The notes under the pieces are model-generated. The model ran no database searches. It was given only the letters and a program-made list of their open reading frames with translations, and had not been told where the DNA came from. From Myxococcota bacterium (GTDB lineage: Bacteria; Myxococcota; XYA12-FULL-58-9; JABJBS01): DNA of 28,055 nucleotides. Position 1 is the first letter of the stretch, and every line of letters begins with the position of its first letter. Where the stretch lies: contig JAYZAY010000086.1 in assembly GCA_036339465.1 (NCBI GenBank), forward strand, positions 1 to 28,055. Reading direction: 5' to 3'. The position numbers and the translations under genes were made by a program. Shown piece after piece: positions 8,766 to 18,353 of the stretch.

Positions 8766-10313
8766 ATGAAACATAAATCACAAGCTGTTATCATTGAACT
8801 TCCCACGAAACTCTCGCAGATAGTCCACAAGTCAAAGGATGTTCCCCAATTGGCTCCGCCCAGTTCTGAAAGCCAATTGCATTTATTCGAAGACGAAGAA
8901 GTTGAACGCGTTGCATTCGATGAAATGAATCTGGTTGAATTGCCCTTTGCATTGCTCACAGATGCCCGTTCCAAAGAAACCAAAGAATTACATTCCATTG
9001 AAATTGGTCCTGCCGGGCGCGAAAAATTGATTGCCAGCGGCAAGGGAAATCTACCCACTGCGTTGGCCGAACGTGTTGTTTTGGGACTGATGTGGTTGAC
9101 CATGCAAGAAAACAGTTTCGAAAATTCGAAGCTTCGATTTTCACTCCGCAGATTGGTTGAAGGATTTATGTATCCCAATCGATTTAATAATACGCGAGCT
9201 TCAGGCCAATTACTCCGCCGTGTGGAAGATGAAATCAATCGGATCGCAGACACACGTATTCACTCAGAACGTTGGTATGATAAAGAATTAGGCCGAACAA
9301 CCCCCATGAATGCAGCCATCATCGACTATGTTCAGGTGATTCGTCCGGGATCACCGAATTCCGCAAAGATTCTCGAAATGAAATGGGGAGAGAAACTCTA
9401 CAAAAGCATACAAGACAAATACACCAAGTCCATTGATGCCCGAACCGTGCTCTCTATCGACAGGCCTTTAGATCTCCGTTTTTACCGTTGGTTAGACCGG
9501 CAACTTGCGACCAAGAGTGTAGAAACCGTTAAATCCTGCCAACGCTTTGCTCGGTTTAAGATTTTAATGCGTAGCTATAAAATCGACCGGGGTGGTCGTA
9601 CCGCATCCAGTTATATCGTGAACCAATTGCAAAAATCTTTGTCTCGGCTCAATGATCTTGGGGTTACAGTGAGAATGACGGTTGATAAAAGCGTGACGGA
9701 TTATCGGCTGAAATTTGAAAAAATCGAGGGGGTGGAAAATGAGACAGTGGAGATAGATCCAGTTGCCGAACTCATTCTCTATTTTCAAAAGCATGCCCAT
9801 GGTTTGGAAGACGAAGCCCTCGTAACGCGGTTTCGCCAAGCGGATCGAGAAGTAGCAGGTCGCTGGCTAGAGGATTATGGTGACGAACAAGGTCGGTGGA
9901 TGCTTCAGCGTTGTGTTGAATTACATCGAAGAGCCAAAGGTGATGATGCGCCTATTTTCAGTTTCAAGGGGTTACAACTCTACGAAATGAAAGCTTTAGC
10001 AGATTATTCCAAACAACAATTGGCACAACGCCGCCAAGAAAGGCTTTCCGCCGAAGAGATCGAAGGTCGGTGGGAAGAGTATCGTGCCAGCCAGTTGACT
10101 GAAGCTCGAAGTCAACTTAATCAAAAGGAGCAAGACGACATTGAGGAGCAGGCTAAGGGCGAAGTGGAGAGTTTATTGCGTGCCACGCGGGGAGGGATCC
10201 GCACCCCGGTAAGTGCCTTATCTGCGATTATTCAGGCAAATATTGAAGAACGATTGATGGAAATCACAGGTGCCATCACAGAGGAAGAGTTTAGACGCTC
10301 CCTTGAAGGGTAA
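8766..10313 (+). CDS. Plasmid-type replication initiator protein (RepA / 'replication initiator protein A'-like)
   Basis: FDEMNLVELPFALL, LPTALAERVVLGLM, SGQLLRRVEDEINRI, LYKSIQDKYTKSID and RFYRWLDRQ follow the pattern of winged-helix Rep initiators. It has a charged helical C-terminus and an adjacent iteron array. ATG 8766 follows GGGGAGAAGG. Confidence 0.75.
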   Translation: MKHKSQAVIIELPTKLSQIVHKSKDVPQLAPPSSESQLHLFEDEEVERVAFDEMNLVELPFALLTDARSKETKELHSIEIGPAGREKLIASGKGNLPTALAERVVLGLMWLTMQENSFENSKLRFSLRRLVEGFMYPNRFNNTRASGQLLRRVEDEINRIADTRIHSERWYDKELGRTTPMNAAIIDYVQVIRPGSPNSAKILEMKWGEKLYKSIQDKYTKSIDARTVLSIDRPLDLRFYRWLDRQLATKSVETVKSCQRFARFKILMRSYKIDRGGRTASSYIVNQLQKSLSRLNDLGVTVRMTVDKSVTDYRLKFEKIEGVENETVEIDPVAELILYFQKHAHGLEDEALVTRFRQADREVAGRWLEDYGDEQGRWMLQRCVELHRRAKGDDAPIFSFKGLQLYEMKALADYSKQQLAQRRQERLSAEEIEGRWEEYRASQLTEARSQLNQKEQDDIEEQAKGEVESLLRATRGGIRTPVSALSAIIQANIEERLMEITGAITEEEFRRSLEG

Positions 10314-10321
10314 ATCATAGT

Positions 10322-10345
10322 TTATGAGAAAATACATTCTCGTAA
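10322..10345. promoter_or_regulatory. Inverted repeat TTATGAGAA-aataca-TTCTCGTAA, candidate recombinase core site or operator
   Basis: Two 9-bp arms (8/9 complementary) surround a 6-bp spacer in the 47-bp gap between rep and the recombinase. Confidence 0.55.
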
Positions 10346-10360
10346 CGTAAGAGGTATTTT

Positions 10361-11314
10361 ATGGGATGGAATCTTAAAGCACTTAAGCTCTCTGAGCTTC
10401 CTAAAGAAGAAAACCCCGCAGTCGCTTATTTGCAAACCGTTCGGGGCGGAAGTCAGCGCACGCTTATTGGCGCACTTAATAACATGGCAGCCATTCTGAC
10501 CAATGGGCGGGGAACCCATTTAAGTTGTCCGTGGCATCTTCTTCGCGGTAGACATACCTCCGCAATGAAATACGAATTGGAAAAACGCTACAAAGCGGCC
10601 AACGTCAACAAACATCTCAGTGCCCTTCGGGGGGTCCTAAAAACGGCCCGCCTAATGCGACTCATGACAGAGCGACAATATGAGGAGGCCACCGACTTTA
10701 AATCCGTCAGCGTCACAGAATTGCCCCAGGCACGGGTGTTAAGTAGGGAGGAAGTGAAAGAGCTTTTCAGGACCTGCTCTGAGGACCAGTCGCCCACGGG
10801 GATCAGAGACTGTGCCATCCTTTCGATCCTCTATGGCTGTGGACTCAGAAGAAAAGAGCTCTCATGCTTGGATACCAACCATTACGACCAAGAAGAGGGC
10901 GCCATCGCGGTTCCTGGGGGGCACGGGGGAATTGACCGGATCGCCTACCCCCCTGAAGGCACCAGGAAAGCGCTTGGGGCCTGGCTCGAAGCCCGAGGAG
11001 GGGAACCGGGTGCCCTTTTTATTCGGGTGCGAAAAGGTGGAAACCTCGTACCGGACTCGCGGCTAACGGACCAGGCAGTGATGCTCATCGTCAGGAAACG
11101 GGCCGAAATGGCAGCCCTTGGCCATGTGGTACCTCAGGATCTCCGCCGCTGCTTTATCAATGATTTATTAGAGTTAGGGGCATCCGTTCCCGCAGTGCAG
11201 CGCCTCGCGGGCCACACCCTGGCCCAATCGACCCTACGCTACGACCGAACCCACGAAGTCGCCAAGCGACAAGCCGCTCAAAAACTAATGGTGCCTTATG
11301 GCATAGCCCTTTAA
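10361..11314 (+). CDS. Tyrosine recombinase/integrase (XerC/D-like fold)
   Basis: SAM-like N-domain (ANVNKHLSALRGVLK), box I RDCAILSILYGCGLRRKEL and box II QDLRR...VQRLAGH...TLRYD. Confidence 0.93.
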   Translation: MGWNLKALKLSELPKEENPAVAYLQTVRGGSQRTLIGALNNMAAILTNGRGTHLSCPWHLLRGRHTSAMKYELEKRYKAANVNKHLSALRGVLKTARLMRLMTERQYEEATDFKSVSVTELPQARVLSREEVKELFRTCSEDQSPTGIRDCAILSILYGCGLRRKELSCLDTNHYDQEEGAIAVPGGHGGIDRIAYPPEGTRKALGAWLEARGGEPGALFIRVRKGGNLVPDSRLTDQAVMLIVRKRAEMAALGHVVPQDLRRCFINDLLELGASVPAVQRLAGHTLAQSTLRYDRTHEVAKRQAAQKLMVPYGIAL

Positions 11315-11360
11315 ACTCGCTCCTAAAACTAGCCCTGAGACGCAACATTCTCAATTCATT

Positions 11361-11368
11361 GCCGATAA
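11361..11368 (+). promoter_or_regulatory. Sigma28 (FliA)-type -10 element GCCGATAA
   Basis: Exact match to the sigma28 -10 consensus in the 174-bp gap upstream of the giant ORF. The -35 match is poor (GCAA at 15-bp spacing). Confidence 0.35.
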
Positions 11369-11488
11369 TCCCCCCCAAGGAATAATCCGCTTTTAGAGCC
11401 TCTCGCTCAAAGTAGAGATCTAGAAGCGAACAGAGCAAAATCATCCGTGAGCAGGGTCACCAGCCCCTATCATTGTGAGGGGTAAAGC

Positions 11489-14400
11489 ATGAACGTCATC
11501 AAGGGTCCAGAACTGAAACCATCGACCACCAAATCGGACAAAGAGGTTTCCCTGCTCAGCAGCACAAGTCCAGAAACGGCATTCCCGCCAAAGCTTAAAT
11601 CCGCGACCCTACGCACCGAATCATTGTCGGATCCCCATCCAACCCACACCAATACGCTTTCCTACATTCGGCAGGCCCCACTAGAAAAGGAATTTGGCTC
11701 AAAATCAAGCCCTGTAAAATCAACCGATGGGAGCTTCGAAATTGAAGCCATCAGACCCGATTTAGATATCAAACCCGAGGAACTCTATTTCTTCAAATAT
11801 TGGGAAATCCTAGACCCCAAACCCCCATTCAGTCCCGACAAAATTTTTGAAGGCAACCCCGTCACAGTTGAAATCAAGCGCAAGAATCCGCCCCCAGATA
11901 TTCCCTTCAGGATTAAGGTCCCCGGCCCTATTTCGGGGCGCGATCTCAAAACAGAAAAACTCACCCGAGCCGCGATTATCATAGATGAATCCTATCAATC
12001 TGCTGGCATCAAGGAATTCGCTCGAATCAAGTGTTCTCCAGACAGCAAAACCTTGACCTACACCAACGTTAAACTCAGCACTCAACCCGGTCACCTCGGC
12101 GCTGCTTTGAAGGCCACCGCTGCAGAAAAAATCGTTCTAAAATCCGATGGGATGGCCGAAATAGAAAACCTCAAATACACCGACCCCTCATTGACCGCAA
12201 AAACCGTTACCACAGATTTTTTCAGGACTATTCCAATCAGCCCCGAAGGCATCGAAGCTGCCGCCAAACTCAACCCAGAAGCGAGTTCTGCCACCACCAC
12301 AAGTTTAGGGGAAACCCTTGCTCATCTGATCCGTGGACTCAAAACCGAAACCATCGTGGACACCGAAGCCACTGATTCAGCAGTCGAAAAATCTTACACT
12401 GCCCTCACCAATGTCCGGGATGAGCTCGGAACCTTCTTTAAGAACGCGAAAAGTCATGGGGTCGAGTGGCCTGAAACCACCAAGAAAGAAGCATTGGAAA
12501 AAGCAGCTCTAAATCTCTGCGAACTCGAAGAAGAACGCGAAAGTAATCCTATTCTTAAGACCCCCAGCGCGAATTTCAGGTCCGAACTTAAAGACTTACG
12601 GAAAGATATGCGCGATGCCGCGACGGAATTAAAAGATGACACGTGGACCAAAGTGCTCACCCACGCCCACGCCGGCCTTTCAAAGGCCGAAAGAAAAGAG
12701 AGGATCGATATCCTCGCCGAGAGGTTGGGTGATGCCGCTTTCCGACGGCGTATACTCTTAAACGATAAAGTCGACAAAGCCCGTAGAACCACGGGAGATC
12801 CCAAAATAGCAAACATCCTAAGACCCGCAGATGTGTCTTTGGCCAAAACAAACACCGCAGAAACCCATCACGTCACCACGCCTGACCACAAGCCGGCCAC
12901 CCTCAAACCACTGGCACCCACCAATATTATCGATAGACCAATCATCATCGAAGCGTCGGATGTCCCAAGTAAAACAGATGCCCCCAAGCGCAACACGCGC
13001 AACCTCGACCAAATCTTCGATTTCGCAGAAGCCAAACGGAAGAAGAGAGTCGAAAAACCGGGTTACCTAGCGGGTGTCATCCGAGGCACTTCCTACAAGC
13101 CCATCTTCTCCACAGCGAAAGAGAAACACCAAATCTCGAAAATCCTCGCCAAGGGTGGAAATTTCATTCTGGGTGAAATCGGTAAAGAGGGTTCAAAGCT
13201 CATCCATAAGGAATTCGGCGTAGAAAAGGAATTCCCACTTACCAACGACATGGCCCTCGGATTTAGTGTAAAAGGTAGAAAAATACGTGAATCAGATCTC
13301 CTAGCAGATGACCCCCGGCGCATTGCCATCGAAAAATTGCGGGATAAATACCCAAATTCAATTCCCGCATGGGTCGAGGGAAATTTTGGTCAGGATTTGA
13401 GTTTCAAATTCGGTCACGACATCCCCCTCGGCGCTACCGGCGCCATGCTTAATTTCGGTTTTTCCACAGACCAGAGCCTCAATCTCAAAGTCAATCGACT
13501 TCTGTATTTTCGGCCAGATATGAAGTCCATGTCCGATGCCAAAGAACAAGCCAAGAGATTGCTTCTCCTGCCCACCAAAGCAAAAAACATCAACGACATG
13601 GAGATAGGCGCCACCTATAAAATCACGGGTAATGCAAATCTTCGATTGGATGCTGGTATCGGTCTCGGGGCCAAAGTTCCCGCCCTGGATAGCTTTGCTA
13701 GCGCCGGCGCCACTGTAGAAGCTGGGGGGTTTGCTACCCTTTCCGGCAAGTTTGAGCTGGAAATCCAAAAACCAGGTGAGGGTAGGGCGCGCATAAAATT
13801 GTCTACAGGCAAGGGCGCAGGTGCAGGCGTCAAGCTCAACGTGATGGCCGGTGTTGAGCTCGATGAAACGGCGATTTCCAAGCACTTCGGTGAATTCGTC
13901 ACCCATTGTAGCTCCGGTCAATCTCCAGGGGATTTCAAGGGCACTCTCCCCGACGACATGGCCGAAAAAATCAACGCCTGTTTCCCTGGCTACATGAGTA
14001 CTCTGGCCGGTAAAGTCGCTGAGGGAGCCAGTCAAACCGCACTCAATGAAGTCACCGCGAGCTATACTTCTGCTGCCCTAAAATGCGAAAAAGGATTCTC
14101 TGTGGATCAGGAATGGACCACCAATATAGATTTTAGAACAGACTCTGATGACATGGTCACCTTGCCCCGCGCGGATATGCTCCCCAAAGATATGCGCAAT
14201 GGAAAACGAGCCAATCAGCCTGTGAGCGTCAACGTGGGTCGTCTCTCACAGCTTGCCTACAACATGGCCGTCCGTGGTGATATGCGCCTCGTACAGCAAC
14301 TTTCCACCATCCGTGGCAGTGGCGTTCGCCTCAATGAAGAAAAGACCAAGACCACCACCACTGAATCGGATACTTTCGAATTAAACCTCCCGTTTGCTGA

Positions 14401-17400
14401 ATATAAAAACAACAGCAAGAAGTCCTCCACAATCATCGACCGATTCACACCGGAACTGGGTCGAACACGGTTGGCCATCGAAGCCTTCAACGAAGACTAC
14501 AAGAACTTTTTCGGGGATACCGAAGAGGCGGAAGCGAAAATCAAAGTACACTCACCCCACGACAAACTGGATACCTCCCTCTTTCTGGGAGCAGACAAAA
14601 ATTTCTCCGCAGACTTGGTGGTTGAAAACCACGTGGAGAACTGGACCAGCTTCGAGGAGATGCAGAACTATATGGGGGTCCTCAATTCTCTCTCCGGTGG
14701 CAACCTCGTAAAACGCTGTGCCCAAGCACTGGCCCAAGGCAAATTCCACGACCAAGATACCCGCAATGACCACGAGGACTGGATACGCGACATCGCAGAA
14801 ATGAAGGAATTTGGACGTACCACCGTGCACATGCACCTATGGGTGGGGGAAAGGGGCCTCCGGAGGATTTTCGCTGCGGATCTCACCGAGGATGACCTCT
14901 ACGGCGCCATGGGGGAGGCTTTTCGAAATGTGACCTCCAAAAGTAACGGCAAAATCCCAGAATGGTCCAAACCCGGTTCCGATCGGACTCTCTACAAGGG
15001 GGTAAAACCCCTGCGGTTGCTCTTCGGGAGTTGCGCGTCCTACGGCGTGAGCGACACTGAAGTAGACTTGGCTACCGCCCGGTACCTCGTCGACAATATC
15101 ATGGCGCTACGAAAGAACGTTAACGCGGCGGATACCCCATCCAAAGAAGAAGCCGTGGCCAAAAAAATCCGCGATTTCCTCGCCGAGACCGAAAACAAAC
15201 TTCCGGCCTTTGCGGCATTGGCCATGCTCGTTCCCGAGGAAGACCGCGCCGTGGAAATGAGGCTTACCTCCATTCGAAAGAAAAAAACCCCCATTCGTTT
15301 CACCTATATTCAGGATGGCCGAAGTGCAGAACTTCTCAAGGCAACAGGTTTTGCCACAACCACCATGGCCCAATTCAAGAAATTCGGGTCCCTCCTTGAT
15401 TTAGAAACTCGGTTACGCATCGGTAATCTCCTCAAAGAGATCAATGCCAACCTGAGCGCCCCATCTCCAGACACCTATCTTCTCACCAGAGCCATGGATA
15501 GTCTCAATCAAGAGCTGCAGACCCTAGACAATGCAGGCCAGAAGGCCGTGGATACTATTGAGACCGACATGGGGTTGGCGCGGGGCGTTTTAAGTACGGT
15601 ACCCGATGTTGAAACCATTCAAAGGGTTCTTCCCGGTGGTTTCGGAGCTTCCCTAGCAACGATCCGAATGAATGCTCTCAGGCAACTGGCCGAAGAAAGT
15701 CCGAATTTTACCGTTCTAAGAGCAACATTTAAGAGCTTGATGGACAAGATGCCCATCTACCGGCATGTGGCCTCCTCCGCACAGTTACTTCAAAACACCG
15801 CCAATCTCGCCAACGAATTACATGAAACCGAGCCGGAACTCGCCCAAGCCGCAGTAGAGGCCATCGGTAAGTATCGCGGCGCGTTGGCCGATTTAACAGA
15901 AAGCGAAGAGGTCACCCAAAAAATCCTCTCTGAAATTCTCGAAAACGTCGTGGCGGTCAATGTGCAGTTGCAAGACGCGGCCAATCAGGAAATCGATTTC
16001 CGAACCAGTTTGGAAATGATGGATGAAAACACGAACTCCTTTGAAGCGGTGGTCAACCACACCGCCGAACGGGATTTCTCAGGGGACCGAAAAAAATCAG
16101 CAGACGCAATGGAAGCCATGGTGGGCAATCCGAAACTGGCGGCTGTGTCCTATTTTGAACGCTCTGGAACCGTTCCCAAAACCTTCCTCCCTATTGGTAA
16201 TACCGTGTTGGCCGATGGCACCATTACCGCTTCCATGCTGACGGAAGCCGAATTGGCCATGGCTTCGACGAATCCATCGGGTGAGTTGGGCATCCCCAAA
16301 CTCACCGAGAAAACCGCGAATGAAATGGCCGCCATGATACACAATGGGGATTTGGAGCAATTCCTGGCCGCAGCTGAAAAGTGGCGTTACCGCCCTGAGC
16401 CGATGTTCGACCAGCCCAAGGTCGCGACCATTGAAGCGCTCTTTGTAAAGCTGCCCAAAGACAAGCGCGATGCTCTAATCAAGGCACTCCCCAAAACGCG
16501 GCAGGGGCAAGTGAAAAATGTCCTCAAGGATCTCGACGCAGATGCTGCAGACGGACGGCCCCACAAAGTGCGCCATGAAATTCTCGCCCTCGCCCCTAGA
16601 TACAATGAAGACTTGGGTTTCCTTTTGGATATTGCCCAAAATCATCCAAAGCAATTCGAAGCCTCGCTGGTGGGTCTCGGCTATAGTCGAGCGGTACTAG
16701 ACTGGACCAAAAACAGCACCAGTCGGTTGGATCAGGTATTTTCCAAAATAGGTGGAGACACCCTTCAGAATCTTCTGGGACTCTCGGGCGCGCAAAAGCG
16801 ATTCATGGGGCTTCAGGAGGGGACTCGAAAAATCGGAAACATGATCAGCAACAAGGTCGACAAAGATTCGGTAGCCGAGAAGCAACTCATCCGGCTGACC
16901 AACCTCATCAAATCTTCCGATTTACGTCCTCAAACCCGCGCCAAGTTGGCGGCTCAAATCTCTGATGATGCGGTCTTCTACCGGCACAACGAAAAGCTGG
17001 TGGAAGCTATTGTCACGGGCATGAATGCGGCGGATACTCGGATCTTTTTCGACCATTTACACAAGGATGGTAAAATAGAGACCTTCCTGTCCGGTGGTGA
17101 CCCAAAATGGAAATGGTTCTTGAGAATTTTAACCTTCGGTTTGGCTTTCCTATGGACCTACGACAACAACGCCGCCAAAGCGATTGTGGCCAAGCAGGGC
17201 TGGAAGACCGACGAAATCCTCGGCGAATACAACACCAAACTCCCCATGGCCGATAGATTCGGAAACGATGCCGAGCGGATCATGTTTAATTCCATTACGG
17301 AAACCATCCCCGTGGACCCCGTGGTCAAATCCGGCATGCGAGCGGCCCACAGTGTGGTGGGCAACGTCAAATTCGAAGACATCGGCGAGCTCCCCACCGA

Positions 17401-17695
17401 AGGACGGGCAATCGTTATCAAAGTTGCGGAAGGAGCGGGTAAACAACTGGGTCATCGACTGATCGATATTGCAAAGCAAGGTGGGTCTCCTGCTGAAATT
17501 GCCACGGAATACGAAAATTTCTTAAAGGGACTATCCCCGGCTGCGATTAAGCAGGAGTTCCAAACCGGAGATAATGGTTCGGCCAAGGTTATCTCCGATG
17601 CACTGCAAGAAGGTGCTATCAAGCAATTAAAATCCATTTCTGAGAAAAACAAATGGGTGACACCTGAAGTCTTGACAGCGGCGGGAATCGAATAG
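11489..17695 (+). CDS. Very large hypothetical protein (2068 aa)
   Basis: Uninterrupted 6.2-kb ORF with a GAGGGG RBS. It has an S/T/P/K-rich N-terminus with no signal peptide, a Gly-rich alternating beta-strand central region and a C-terminal hydrophobic segment (WKWFLRILTFGLAFLW). No family was recognised. Confidence 0.9.
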   Translation: MNVIKGPELKPSTTKSDKEVSLLSSTSPETAFPPKLKSATLRTESLSDPHPTHTNTLSYIRQAPLEKEFGSKSSPVKSTDGSFEIEAIRPDLDIKPEELYFFKYWEILDPKPPFSPDKIFEGNPVTVEIKRKNPPPDIPFRIKVPGPISGRDLKTEKLTRAAIIIDESYQSAGIKEFARIKCSPDSKTLTYTNVKLSTQPGHLGAALKATAAEKIVLKSDGMAEIENLKYTDPSLTAKTVTTDFFRTIPISPEGIEAAAKLNPEASSATTTSLGETLAHLIRGLKTETIVDTEATDSAVEKSYTALTNVRDELGTFFKNAKSHGVEWPETTKKEALEKAALNLCELEEERESNPILKTPSANFRSELKDLRKDMRDAATELKDDTWTKVLTHAHAGLSKAERKERIDILAERLGDAAFRRRILLNDKVDKARRTTGDPKIANILRPADVSLAKTNTAETHHVTTPDHKPATLKPLAPTNIIDRPIIIEASDVPSKTDAPKRNTRNLDQIFDFAEAKRKKRVEKPGYLAGVIRGTSYKPIFSTAKEKHQISKILAKGGNFILGEIGKEGSKLIHKEFGVEKEFPLTNDMALGFSVKGRKIRESDLLADDPRRIAIEKLRDKYPNSIPAWVEGNFGQDLSFKFGHDIPLGATGAMLNFGFSTDQSLNLKVNRLLYFRPDMKSMSDAKEQAKRLLLLPTKAKNINDMEIGATYKITGNANLRLDAGIGLGAKVPALDSFASAGATVEAGGFATLSGKFELEIQKPGEGRARIKLSTGKGAGAGVKLNVMAGVELDETAISKHFGEFVTHCSSGQSPGDFKGTLPDDMAEKINACFPGYMSTLAGKVAEGASQTALNEVTASYTSAALKCEKGFSVDQEWTTNIDFRTDSDDMVTLPRADMLPKDMRNGKRANQPVSVNVGRLSQLAYNMAVRGDMRLVQQLSTIRGSGVRLNEEKTKTTTTESDTFELNLPFAEYKNNSKKSSTIIDRFTPELGRTRLAIEAFNEDYKNFFGDTEEAEAKIKVHSPHDKLDTSLFLGADKNFSADLVVENHVENWTSFEEMQNYMGVLNSLSGGNLVKRCAQALAQGKFHDQDTRNDHEDWIRDIAEMKEFGRTTVHMHLWVGERGLRRIFAADLTEDDLYGAMGEAFRNVTSKSNGKIPEWSKPGSDRTLYKGVKPLRLLFGSCASYGVSDTEVDLATARYLVDNIMALRKNVNAADTPSKEEAVAKKIRDFLAETENKLPAFAALAMLVPEEDRAVEMRLTSIRKKKTPIRFTYIQDGRSAELLKATGFATTTMAQFKKFGSLLDLETRLRIGNLLKEINANLSAPSPDTYLLTRAMDSLNQELQTLDNAGQKAVDTIETDMGLARGVLSTVPDVETIQRVLPGGFGASLATIRMNALRQLAEESPNFTVLRATFKSLMDKMPIYRHVASSAQLLQNTANLANELHETEPELAQAAVEAIGKYRGALADLTESEEVTQKILSEILENVVAVNVQLQDAANQEIDFRTSLEMMDENTNSFEAVVNHTAERDFSGDRKKSADAMEAMVGNPKLAAVSYFERSGTVPKTFLPIGNTVLADGTITASMLTEAELAMASTNPSGELGIPKLTEKTANEMAAMIHNGDLEQFLAAAEKWRYRPEPMFDQPKVATIEALFVKLPKDKRDALIKALPKTRQGQVKNVLKDLDADAADGRPHKVRHEILALAPRYNEDLGFLLDIAQNHPKQFEASLVGLGYSRAVLDWTKNSTSRLDQVFSKIGGDTLQNLLGLSGAQKRFMGLQEGTRKIGNMISNKVDKDSVAEKQLIRLTNLIKSSDLRPQTRAKLAAQISDDAVFYRHNEKLVEAIVTGMNAADTRIFFDHLHKDGKIETFLSGGDPKWKWFLRILTFGLAFLWTYDNNAAKAIVAKQGWKTDEILGEYNTKLPMADRFGNDAERIMFNSITETIPVDPVVKSGMRAAHSVVGNVKFEDIGELPTEGRAIVIKVAEGAGKQLGHRLIDIAKQGGSPAEIATEYENFLKGLSPAAIKQEFQTGDNGSAKVISDALQEGAIKQLKSISEKNKWVTPEVLTAAGIE

Positions 17696-17873
17696 CGATT
17701 GGTTCTCTGTGCGGCCCGAGCCCTGCTTTACGTTCTCCCTGGGTCAGCTTCTTCTGGAGCAAGGTAAACCCAACCTCCGGGGCAAGTTAAACCAACCCGA
17801 ATCACTCCAAACGCAACATCCAACCACCAAGCCCAGCTCAGAAATCCTCCAAGCCAAAACTTAGGCGGGGGAA

Positions 17874-18351
17874 CTTCTTTACACTTTTGAGCCTTGTTTG
17901 TTGTCGTCTTTGACATCAATGATGATGTCTTGATTCTCCATCTAGATATCCAATATCCGTATCCATGAATAAAACAAGCCACAAGCCATGTTCCTGTTGT
18001 TTTCTCCCTCATTCCGACGGGCTCTGATGCATGCCGTCCGTTTTGCTGAGGATGGCCTGGTTCAATGCGTTCTATTTCCATCCCGAGCCTCATGAGTTGG
18101 ACCGAGAATCGAGACAAGCCTAAACGTCTGTAAGAGGCAAATGGGCTTGCATTCTCGGAGCGGATGGCCTTTGGTATTCCCTCTTTGGAAAACACCCACT
18201 AGAGGGTCATTTCAGCACCCGCTCTTTTGCTGTTTCCCAGATCCTCACAAGCTAGGATGTAACGACTAAAATGGTCGGTGAGGGCAAAGGGATAACAATA
18301 ACGGCTATTTTTCGTCCTAAAATTGCCATACGTAATCCATGCACCAAAGTT
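17874..18351 (-). mobile_element. IS481-family transposase remnant (internally deleted), copy 2
   Basis: Translation LWCMD..FRTKNSRYCYP..LTDHFSRYILACE..EGIPKAIRSENASPF..IERIEPGHPQQNGRH/ASEPVGMRE..WLV..FMDTDIGYLDGE. It is colinear at the DNA level with 3986-4459. Confidence 0.85.
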
Positions 18352-18353
18352 AC

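Noticed and set aside
7550..8774. Short ORFs in the origin region (7550-7771, 7932-8156, 8191-8385, 8385-8621, 8580-8774)
   Set aside because: They have no recognisable motifs, and their translations simply reflect the repeated DNA motif (recurrent YC/AI).
13358..14035. 225-aa and other antisense ORFs inside the giant gene
   Set aside because: They are shadow ORFs of a long coding sequence with no independent motifs.
7450..17870. attL/attR or tRNA integration site for the recombinase module
   Set aside because: No tRNA and no convincing short direct repeat flanking the module could be found by eye.
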